In this document: piece after piece, positions 36,782 through 44,518 of the stretch
How the letters are laid out: every line of letters begins with the position of its first letter
How positions within the stretch are numbered: the stretch's first letter is position 1
From: Pseudomonadota bacterium
Lineage (GTDB): Bacteria > Pseudomonadota > Alphaproteobacteria > Rhodobacterales > Rhodobacteraceae
NCBI GenBank assembly: GCA_038521345.1
Contig: JBCBKU010000013.1
Span: 13,484 to 77,483 of the forward strand
Direction of reading: 5' to 3'
Length of the DNA stretch: 64,000 nt
The notes under the pieces: generated by a model
Databases searched by the model: none
What the model saw: the letters and a program-made list of their open reading frames with translations, nothing else
Told to the model about the DNA's origin: nothing
Position numbers and translations under genes: made by a program

Positions 36782-38898
36782 GCGCGGTCTGCCCCGGCTG
36801 CGCGGCGGGTGCTGAGGCGCTTCCCGCTCCCCGGGCTGAGGCGACACCGACCCATACGCTGATCTTACCTCATATCCACTGCGCGGGCTGCATCCGGACC
36901 GTGGAAACCACACTCGTCGACCAACCGGGAATACGCAGCGCAAGGGTCAACCTAACCCGTAAACGCGTGGCGATCGGCGCAGAGCCCGACGCCGATCCAA
37001 CAGTTTGGATTGGCGCTTTGGCCCGGGCCGGGATCGAAGCCCATGAGGCGCATGACGCAGAGACAGCCGCGTCCGAGGACCGCGACCTGCTCGTCTATCT
37101 CGGAGTTGCCGGCTTTGCGATGATGAACGTCATGCTCCTGTCGGTCGCCGTTTGGTCCGGGGCGGTCGACACGACGCGCGAATTCCTCCACTGGGTCAGT
37201 GCGGCCATCGCACTTCCGGCGACGTTCTTTGCCGCCCAGCCCTTCTTCCGCACGGCCTGGTCCGCACTGCGCGTGGGCCGCGTCAACATGGACGTGCCGA
37301 TCTCGGTCGCGATCCTTCTGGCTTCGCTCATGTCGCTCTACGAAGTCTCGGCCGGTGGCCGCCACGCTTGGTTCGACGCCGCGCTCTCTCTGACCTTCTT
37401 CCTTTTGGCGGGACGCGTTCTGGACCAACGGATGCGCCGCGCCGCAAGATCCGCCGCCGACACGCTTGCCGCGCTGGAACCCGTTCGCGTCACGCGAATC
37501 GAAGGCGACGCCCGTGTCAGCCGGAAACTCACCGACATCGCGGTGGACGACACCCTCTGGCTCGCCGCCGGGGCACGGGTGCCCGTCGATGCGGAGCTAC
37601 TGGATGCAGAGGTTCGTGTGGACCGAAGCGCCATCACAGGCGAAAGCGATCCCGTCACCCGTGTGCGTGGGGCCGCGCTCACCGCAGGCGACGTGGTTCT
37701 GACCGGACCCGTGTCGCTTCGTGCCACGGCGGTCGGAGAAGACACGACGCTCCGTCGTCTTGCCCAGCTTGTCGCCACCGCCGAAGGGGCACGCGGCCAC
37801 TACCGCAGCCTCGCCGACCGGGCAGCGGCGCTTTACACGCCCGTGGTCCACATCGTGGCTGCAGCCGCCTTCCTTGGTTGGATCCTCTCGACGGGCGATG
37901 TCCGTCTCTCGATCAATGTGGCCATCGCCACGCTGATCATCACCTGTCCCTGCGCGCTCGGCCTCGCGGTGCCCGCCGTGGCCGTGGCCGCAACATCGCG
38001 GCTTTACGCGCGGGGGCTTCTCGTGAAATCCGACACCGCACTCGAACGGCTGGCCGAAATCGACACGGTGATCCTCGACAAGACCGGGACGCTGACGACT
38101 CGTGTTTCGACTCCGCCTTCCCGCCTGCCCCCGCAGGGGGCGCAGATCCTTACAGCGCTTGCTGAAACCTCGGATCATCCGCAGGCGCGCTCGGTCGCCC
38201 GTGCCTTGGGCGACGTAGCCCCCGCCTTGCTTGACGATATCATCGAAACCCCTGGAGAGGGCATTGAGGCCACGTGGCAGGGAACCGAAGTCCGGTTCGG
38301 CAAAGGGGCATGGCTCGGCGGCACCACGGACGTCGCCTTCCGCATGGGTGATACCGTCTATCCGATCGAGACCCATGAAGCGCTTTTGCCAGACGCCGAC
38401 CGGCTTGTGGCCGATCTTGGGTCCCGTGGCCTCGCCGTGCTTCTGGTCACCGGCGACACAGCCGAAAACGCCGCGCGTACCGGCAATGAACTTGGCATCG
38501 CCGAAATCCGCGCGAGCGTTCGTCCCGAGGACAAGGCCGCCATCGTGGCCGAGTTGCAGGCCGCCGGCGCCAAGGTTCTGATGGTGGGGGACGGGATCAA
38601 CGACACCGCCGCACTTGCCGCCGCTGACGCCTCCATCGCGCCGGGAACCGCGCTTGAAGCCAGCCGGAACGCGGCCGACGTCGTGCTTGTCTCGGGCCGC
38701 CTCGCCCATATCGGTGCGGCGCTCGACACAGCGAAGATGGCCAAACGCCGGATCGTCGAGAATTTCTGGCTCTCGCTTCTCTACAACGCGATTGCCGTGC
38801 CCGTGGCCGTCGCTGGCCTTGCGACGCCGCTTCTGGCCGCGCTTGCCATGTCGGCGAGCTCGATCACGGTTATCCTCAACTCTGCAAGGGTGAGGTAG
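36778..38898 (+). CDS. ccoI: Copper-translocating P1B-type ATPase CcoI/FixI
   Basis: CPC motif (ITCPCALG), DKTGT phosphorylation site, GDGINDT hinge. ATGA overlap with ccoH. Confidence 0.9.
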   Translation: MSAVCPGCAAGAEALPAPRAEATPTHTLILPHIHCAGCIRTVETTLVDQPGIRSARVNLTRKRVAIGAEPDADPTVWIGALARAGIEAHEAHDAETAASEDRDLLVYLGVAGFAMMNVMLLSVAVWSGAVDTTREFLHWVSAAIALPATFFAAQPFFRTAWSALRVGRVNMDVPISVAILLASLMSLYEVSAGGRHAWFDAALSLTFFLLAGRVLDQRMRRAARSAADTLAALEPVRVTRIEGDARVSRKLTDIAVDDTLWLAAGARVPVDAELLDAEVRVDRSAITGESDPVTRVRGAALTAGDVVLTGPVSLRATAVGEDTTLRRLAQLVATAEGARGHYRSLADRAAALYTPVVHIVAAAAFLGWILSTGDVRLSINVAIATLIITCPCALGLAVPAVAVAATSRLYARGLLVKSDTALERLAEIDTVILDKTGTLTTRVSTPPSRLPPQGAQILTALAETSDHPQARSVARALGDVAPALLDDIIETPGEGIEATWQGTEVRFGKGAWLGGTTDVAFRMGDTVYPIETHEALLPDADRLVADLGSRGLAVLLVTGDTAENAARTGNELGIAEIRASVRPEDKAAIVAELQAAGAKVLMVGDGINDTAALAAADASIAPGTALEASRNAADVVLVSGRLAHIGAALDTAKMAKRRIVENFWLSLLYNAIAVPVAVAGLATPLLAALAMSASSITVILNSARVR

Positions 38899-38901
38899 AA
38901 G

Positions 38902-39051
38902 TTGAACATCCTCGTCATCCTCGTTCCATGCTCGCTGGTCCTTGGCCTCGGCGCACTTGTGGCCTTCCTCTGGACGCTCAAGGCCGACCAATACGACGAC
39001 CCCGACGGCGCAGCCGAGCGGATCCTTTTGGACGATGACCCCGTCGAATAA
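38902..39051 (+). CDS. ccoS: cbb3 oxidase maturation protein CcoS/FixS
   Basis: My own translation from a TTG start: MNILVILVPCSLVLGLGALVAFLWTLKADQYDDPDGAAERILLDDDPVE (49 aa). Classic CcoS pattern, 3 nt after the ccoI stop. Absent from the supplied ORF track. Confidence 0.75.
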   Translation: MNILVILVPCSLVLGLGALVAFLWTLKADQYDDPDGAAERILLDDDPVE

Positions 39052-39068
39052 ATGCGCGAAGCGGTGCC

Positions 39069-40226
39069 CTACCGCGCAGCCTCGAGGATCGAGCAGTAAT
39101 TGGCCACAGCCGAGCCACCCATGTTGAAGACAGCCCCGAGCGCAGCGCCCTCTTTCTGCATTTCGCCTGCATTGCCTGTGACCTGACGCGCCGCCATGAC
39201 ATGCATGGAGACACCCGTAGCCCCCACCGGATGCCCCTTGGCCTTTAGCCCGCCCGAAAGGTTCACGGGCAGCCGCCCGTCGGGCCCTGCCGCACCGTCT
39301 GCCACGACCCGCGCGCCTTGACCGGGCTCGGCAAGGCCCAGCGCCTCGTAGATCATCAACTCTGCGATGGTGAAACAGTCATGCACCTCGGCAAAGTCCA
39401 GATCGTCGAGCCCAATCCCAGCCGCCTCGTATGCCCCGCAGATTGCCCGCCCGGCACCTTCCAGCGCGGTCTTGGATTTGCGCGACATGGGCAGATAATC
39501 GTTCACATGGACCGCCGCCCGGAATGCGACAGACCTGTCGAATTCGCCCTCCATATCGTCGGCGACCATCACCATCGCGGCCGCCCCATCGGTGATCAGC
39601 GAGCAGTCGGTCAGCCGAAGCGGCGCAGCAACCAGGGGGTTCTTCTCGGAGACTGTGTTGCAGAACGTGAAACCAACGTCCTTCTGCATCTGCGCCAGCG
39701 GGTTCTTCAGCGCGTTCCGGTGGTTCTTGGCCGCGATCTGCGCAAGCGCTTCGGATTGATCACCGTGGGCCTGAAAATAGGCCGCCGCGTATTGCCCAAA
39801 GATCTGCGGAAAGTTTAGGCCGCCTTCCTCTGCCTGATAGGACGCGCCGCCAAGGGCCGCGGCGACCCCCTTGGTGTCAAGTTCGGTCATCTTCTCGGCG
39901 CCCAGAACCAGCGCGACCCGGACCCGGCCCGATCGAATGGCATCCCGCGCGGCATAGACCGCCGCCGAGCCACTGGCGCATGCGTTCTCGACACGCGTCG
40001 CCGGCGTCCAGCGCAGCGCATCATCCATGTTCAGAATCAAGGAGGAAGCGAATGCGTCGGGCACCATGCCGTTGTTAAAATGCCCAAGCCAGATCGCATC
40101 GACATCCGAGGCGCTCAGCCCGGCGTGGGCAAGCGCCTCGCGCGCAGCCTCCGCGATCAGCGCTTCGATCCCCTCTTCGCGGCGACCGAACGCCGTGTGA
40201 CCCCAGCCGACTATCCGCGCGTCCAT
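39069..40226 (-). CDS. Thiolase-family protein (SCP-x/non-canonical acetyl-CoA acyltransferase type)
   Basis: ATG at 40226 has a GGAGGTGAT RBS. Active-site region VENACASGSAA and C-terminal GGLKAKGHPVGATG. Confidence 0.8.
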   Translation of the reverse strand: MDARIVGWGHTAFGRREEGIEALIAEAAREALAHAGLSASDVDAIWLGHFNNGMVPDAFASSLILNMDDALRWTPATRVENACASGSAAVYAARDAIRSGRVRVALVLGAEKMTELDTKGVAAALGGASYQAEEGGLNFPQIFGQYAAAYFQAHGDQSEALAQIAAKNHRNALKNPLAQMQKDVGFTFCNTVSEKNPLVAAPLRLTDCSLITDGAAAMVMVADDMEGEFDRSVAFRAAVHVNDYLPMSRKSKTALEGAGRAICGAYEAAGIGLDDLDFAEVHDCFTIAELMIYEALGLAEPGQGARVVADGAAGPDGRLPVNLSGGLKAKGHPVGATGVSMHVMAARQVTGNAGEMQKEGAALGAVFNMGGSAVANYCSILEAAR

Positions 40227-40236
40227 TATCACCTCC

Positions 40237-41640
40237 CTAGGTTTCATGTGCCGCCGCGAGCGCGGCAATGCGCCTCGCGACGATGTCCCGCGGCGGGCAC
40301 GAGCGGCGAGTCTCAAGGCTCACATGCACCAGCAACTGGTCACAGGTGGCCAGAACCGTTCCGTCCGATATCCGTCGCATTTCATGCGCAAGACCGAGTT
40401 TCTTTCCATCGCCCGTCGCCACGCGGGTCAGAACCTCAATCCGATCACCGGCATGGGTTTCGGCGCGAAAGGCCGTCTTGGTCTCTACCGTAAAGTAACT
40501 GAACGATTGTTCAATATAACTCTGCCCCGCGCCCACGTGCTCGAGGACCGCATCGGCGGCATCGGAAAAGACTTGGCCGTACCTGCTCTCGTTCATGTGG
40601 CCGTTCTGATCTGTCCAGTCGATGGGCACGACGCGTCGTGCGGTGCAGAGCGGTGTTTCGTCCCGAAGCGGTTCGCGCATAGTCGCCTCGTGTTCGGCAA
40701 GGCCATGACCAGCCGCCGCCTTGCGAGCCTTCAGAGCCCGCAACAGAGCGACAAGGTTGTCGTCCCGCAGTTGTTCCAGTTCGGGAATCGACCGGTCGCC
40801 GGATTGGGCATCCGATTGCGACGCGATGCGTGCAATCAGCTCTGCATCCAAATCGGGCACATCCATGAGCTTGGTCCAAGGCCAGGCCAGGGCCGGTCCG
40901 AACTGCGCAAGAAAGTGCGCCATCCCGCCCTCACCGCCCGCGATGCGATAGGTTTCGAACAAGCCCATCTGCGCCCAGCGCAAGCCAAACCCAAGCCGGA
41001 TCGCGTCATCGATCTCGGCGGTCGTGGCGATGCCATCCTTCACCAGCCAAAGCGACTCGCGCCAAACAGCTTCGAGCAACCGGTCCGCAATATGTGCATC
41101 TATCTCGGCCCGAACGTGCAACGGCGCCATTCCGACCCCTGCAAGGACCTCCTCGGCGCGCTCCACCATCTCTGGCGGGTTCGCGGGCGATGCCACAACC
41201 TCAACCAGGGGAAGCAGATATACCGGATTGAATGGATGGGCGACGAGGATTTGTGCTGGCCGCGTGGCGCAGGATTGCAGAGCACTTGGCGTGAAACCCG
41301 AAGTGGACGAGGCAAGGATCGCATCCGGATCGCAATGCGCCTGCACCGTCTGGTAGACCTTCATTTTCAACTCGATCCGTTCGGGAACGCTTTCCTGCAC
41401 CCAATCTGCCCCCGCCACAGCCTCGGACAGCGTTTGGGCAAAGGTCAGGCGCCCTTCGTCGGGCAGCCCCGTATCATAGATCATCGGCAGCGCGCGCCGC
41501 GCGGCGTCAATCACACGCATCAAACGCTGATCTGCCCCGTCCTGAGGATCAAAGACCACGACATCCCAGCCCATGAGGAGGAAGCGCGCGGCCCATCCAG
41601 CTCCGATTACTCCACATCCAAGGATTGCCGCCTTCATCAT
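40237..41640 (-). CDS. lcdH: L-carnitine dehydrogenase fused to a hotdog thioesterase domain (3-hydroxyacyl-CoA dehydrogenase family)
   Basis: MMKAAILGCGVIGAGWAARF Rossmann N-terminus and the HPFNPVYLLPLVE motif. A C-terminal domain of about 150 aa resembles 4HBT-type thioesterases. GGGAGG RBS. Confidence 0.7.
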   Translation of the reverse strand: MMKAAILGCGVIGAGWAARFLLMGWDVVVFDPQDGADQRLMRVIDAARRALPMIYDTGLPDEGRLTFAQTLSEAVAGADWVQESVPERIELKMKVYQTVQAHCDPDAILASSTSGFTPSALQSCATRPAQILVAHPFNPVYLLPLVEVVASPANPPEMVERAEEVLAGVGMAPLHVRAEIDAHIADRLLEAVWRESLWLVKDGIATTAEIDDAIRLGFGLRWAQMGLFETYRIAGGEGGMAHFLAQFGPALAWPWTKLMDVPDLDAELIARIASQSDAQSGDRSIPELEQLRDDNLVALLRALKARKAAAGHGLAEHEATMREPLRDETPLCTARRVVPIDWTDQNGHMNESRYGQVFSDAADAVLEHVGAGQSYIEQSFSYFTVETKTAFRAETHAGDRIEVLTRVATGDGKKLGLAHEMRRISDGTVLATCDQLLVHVSLETRRSCPPRDIVARRIAALAAAHET

Positions 41641-42187
41641 GTTCTGCCTCCCGTTACGACGAGGCAGGGGATCACCGTCCGGCACTCGAGACAAGCGCGT
41701 TAACGACAATAGGGGCCGTGGGACGACAACGGTTCCGCGCGGATCAACAATGTCGGAGCGGCTCGGTTCACGGATTCGGGATAGAGCGTTTCGCGTTGTG
41801 CGCTCATCACCTTAAGCGTCATTAATTCCACGTAAGAACAACTTATGATTGAGTATTGCATGTTGCGGCTTGGGGGACAGTATAGGTGATTGCGAACCTT
41901 CGTTTCCGAATCGGGATCATTCGATACTTTTTTTCGCCATAATCCTTAATCGGGCGTGACAGGGTTCAATGCGCCATGGGAAATTTTCTGATGATCACGG
42001 CGACCCTACTAGGGTAAATGCTCTCTGCGGCCGGTGATGGTCGGGCCATTAGCTCGACGGGTGGGCAGACGGCGTAACGAGTAATGCGGGTGTGGAGTAC
42101 GCTCCGCCGCATCGCCTGAGAACGACGGAGGCGTTTGCTTCGCACGTTCTAGGGAGGTGCAGCCCAAAAAGTAAAAGGTCGAAGGTA

Positions 42188-42715
42188 GTGGACATAGTTC
42201 AGTCAGTACAAGCTGCGCTTGCACGAGCCGAGGCAGCCGAAGACCGTACGCAGGCAGATGCACATCCCGAAGCTTCGCATGATGCAGACCCGGCCGTGCG
42301 GATCGTGGGAATTCACGCCAATGTCCGGGTCTCGACATCGTTCGGTGACGTCCCGGCACAATTGCTCCGGCCACGCGACATGCTGCGCACTCGCGACGGG
42401 AACTTTGCGACCATCCGCCGGATCGAGAAAGTGGGACTCGACGAGGACTACCTGAATTACCATCCCGAGGCTCAGCCGGTATTGGTCCGTGCCGGGGCCT
42501 TTGGTCAGGATTGTCCGCGGCAGGACGCCCTGTTCGCGCCCGGCCAGTTGCTGCAGACCGAAGCGCGCCGTTTCGGAACGGAATTTCGCTGCGCCGCCGA
42601 ACTCTCGGGACATCCCAAGGTCATGCGCAGCCCAACCGCGCCAATCATCTACTACGTGATCGATTGCGGTCGCCCTGCAACCATTTTGGCGGAGCGGGTC
42701 TGGACCCAGATCTGA
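42188..42715 (+). CDS. Hint (Hedgehog/intein-like) domain protein; start uncertain (alternative GTG at 42092)
   Basis: The segment VSTSFGDVPAQLLRPRDMLRTRDGNFATIRRIEKV...QPVLVRAGAFG...DALFAPGQLL follows the Hint_2 pattern common in Rhodobacteraceae. Confidence 0.5.
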   Translation: MDIVQSVQAALARAEAAEDRTQADAHPEASHDADPAVRIVGIHANVRVSTSFGDVPAQLLRPRDMLRTRDGNFATIRRIEKVGLDEDYLNYHPEAQPVLVRAGAFGQDCPRQDALFAPGQLLQTEARRFGTEFRCAAELSGHPKVMRSPTAPIIYYVIDCGRPATILAERVWTQI

Positions 42716-42728
42716 GCCGCTAAGCTGA

Positions 42729-42765
42729 CCGCGCGGCCAGGTGGGAACCGATGGTGGCCGCGCGG
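42729..42765. terminator. Strong hairpin between convergent genes (possible bidirectional terminator)
   Basis: Perfect 11-bp stem CCGCGCGGCCA / TGGCCGCGCGG with a 15-nt loop. No clear U-tract. Confidence 0.4.
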
Positions 42766-42813
42766 ATCCTCAGCTGGCAGCCAAAGCGGAGCTGGCAATC
42801 ATTCTGCTGGAGG

Positions 42814-43845
42814 TCACCGTGCATCCAAGTCAGGACGTGGAACGATCTCGTACCCTCCGTCCGCATGGGCAAGAGTAACACGCCCGCGTCCGCCGTTCTT
42901 TGACGCATAAAGCGCACGATCGGCGGCCTCCAGTACCGCGTCCGGCTCATCGTTGGCGTAGTCCGAGCTGATCGCCACACCAATGCTGCCGGAAATCCGG
43001 CAGACTTGATCCTGAAACGGGATCGGTTCTTCCAGCCGGGCAATGACCCGGTTCCCGACCGCCGCCAGTCTTTCACGATCCGATATCCGGTCCAGGACGA
43101 CAACAAACTCATCGCCACCAAGGCGCCCGACCCCGTCGGTGTCCCGGGTCTCCTCGATCAGAATTCTCGCGACCCTCTGAAGAACGTGGTCGCCTGCCGC
43201 ATGGCCCATCGTGTCGTTCACTGCCTTGAAGTAGTCGAGATCGACGATCATCAGTGCGTATGCTTTCGACCGGGCCCGGGCGCCCAGGATGGCATTTTCG
43301 ATCCCGCGCCGGTTCATCACCCCAGTGAGCGTGTCGGAAAAAGCCTGAGTTTCAGCGGCATTCTTGGCCGTGTCCAATCGCTCGCTGAGATCACGCCACG
43401 CGTCCATGGCGCCGCGATTGGCCTCGACGAGGTAAAGCATTTCGATCGTGAGATCCGTTGCCGAAAAGTCCGCGGCCGTTAACGGATAGACCCGCAGCGC
43501 TTCAACGATGCTGATCCCGAAAGAGACGTTGATCAGATGCCCATTGCAACCGTCGGACACAACGAGGCCTTTCAGGTGGATCTGCGGATTGTCCTCAAGC
43601 TCGAGCCGCAAATGCCGTTCGCCCCGACTGACCAGATCGGCGAGCGACGTATAGGCCATCGGGCGACGGACACGGAACGCTGCCTCAAGCTTGCGCCCGA
43701 CATAGCTGCGCGGCGCCGACATCTTGGCGATGGTCGGACCCACATGCCGGATTACGCCATCCGCTCCGACGCTGAGATGCATGGGCATCAACGTATCAAG
43801 AGCCGCCTCGGGCAGCGAACAGATCGGAAGACTGGGGGCGTTCAC
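42814..43845 (-). CDS. Diguanylate cyclase with an N-terminal HNOBA/PAS-like domain and coiled coil (HNOBA-CC-GGDEF)
   Basis: The N-terminus MPMHLSVGADGVIRHVGPTIAKM...FRVRRPMAYTSLADLV mirrors the sGC PAS/HNOBA pattern. RDTD I-site and GGDEF are intact. The GTG start overlaps the H-NOX stop (GTGA). Confidence 0.8.
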   Translation of the reverse strand: MNAPSLPICSLPEAALDTLMPMHLSVGADGVIRHVGPTIAKMSAPRSYVGRKLEAAFRVRRPMAYTSLADLVSRGERHLRLELEDNPQIHLKGLVVSDGCNGHLINVSFGISIVEALRVYPLTAADFSATDLTIEMLYLVEANRGAMDAWRDLSERLDTAKNAAETQAFSDTLTGVMNRRGIENAILGARARSKAYALMIVDLDYFKAVNDTMGHAAGDHVLQRVARILIEETRDTDGVGRLGGDEFVVVLDRISDRERLAAVGNRVIARLEEPIPFQDQVCRISGSIGVAISSDYANDEPDAVLEAADRALYASKNGGRGRVTLAHADGGYEIVPRPDLDAR

Positions 43846-44441
43846 GAGACCACTACTCCGCCAAGGTCAAAATCGCGCCCTTCCGCAAAGCGTTCTTCCG
43901 CGACGGTAATCTCGATATGCACGTCCCCGACCTCTCCCTGAGAATCTTCGACGAGTTCGATCAGCGCCAACGCGCCGTATTCATCCGCCATCGCACGCAA
44001 GAGGCCCATGATGACACGGTCGAACCCCGCAGGGGCAGTCTGGCAAACCAATCGGAACGGATCGCCGTCGCCTCCCGAAAGTTCCATGACCGGCAAGACG
44101 AGGTCCGGAACGGCAAGGCGCATCCGATCCCGAAGATCATTCAGCGAATGCAGAAAATCGATGAAGTCGATCCCGCCAAAACGTAGCAACCGGCGCACGG
44201 CAGAGATGTTCGGCGACGATACCAGATGAGTTCCGAGGTCTTCCAAAAGGACCTCGGTCGGTTTGTCCAACAGCGTCGAGGCTGCATCAATGACGCGGTA
44301 GGCAACGTCGTCGTCATAGACGAACATCGGCTCGAACCGCGGTTGGGGAAGCTGTGCTTCCCGCGCGACGGCGCCCCAGAGCTCTTCACCGTACCTTCGG
44401 CGCAAGAACGCCTCGATCGAACTGTTCACGAGACCGTGCAC
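43842..44441 (-). CDS. H-NOX (HNOB) domain protein, divergent, lacking the canonical heme ligands
   Basis: GTG at 44441 has a GGAGGGGAG RBS and gives MHGLVNSSIEAFLRRRYGEELWGAVAREAQL, which is collinear with the sGC beta1 N-terminus. 199 aa. Confidence 0.75.
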   Translation of the reverse strand: MHGLVNSSIEAFLRRRYGEELWGAVAREAQLPQPRFEPMFVYDDDVAYRVIDAASTLLDKPTEVLLEDLGTHLVSSPNISAVRRLLRFGGIDFIDFLHSLNDLRDRMRLAVPDLVLPVMELSGGDGDPFRLVCQTAPAGFDRVIMGLLRAMADEYGALALIELVEDSQGEVGDVHIEITVAEERFAEGRDFDLGGVVVS

Positions 44442-44518
44442 GAACTCCCCTCCGTCGTCCCGCGGTGACCTTAGGGCGCAGCGTTTAACAAATGCCAAAC
44501 CGTCAGGTGCAACGGGGA

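Noticed and set aside
40246-41703. Very long ORFs antisense to, or out of frame with, well-supported genes. Examples: 40246-41703(+), 37597-38991(-), 14981-15940(+), 1599-2516(-), 614-1264(-), 44916-45797(-), 49333-50304(+), 62285-63118(-).
   Set aside because: These are typical high-GC shadow ORFs. Their translations are Arg/Pro/Gly/Ala-rich with no recognisable motifs, and each fully overlaps a gene with clear family signatures on the other strand or frame.
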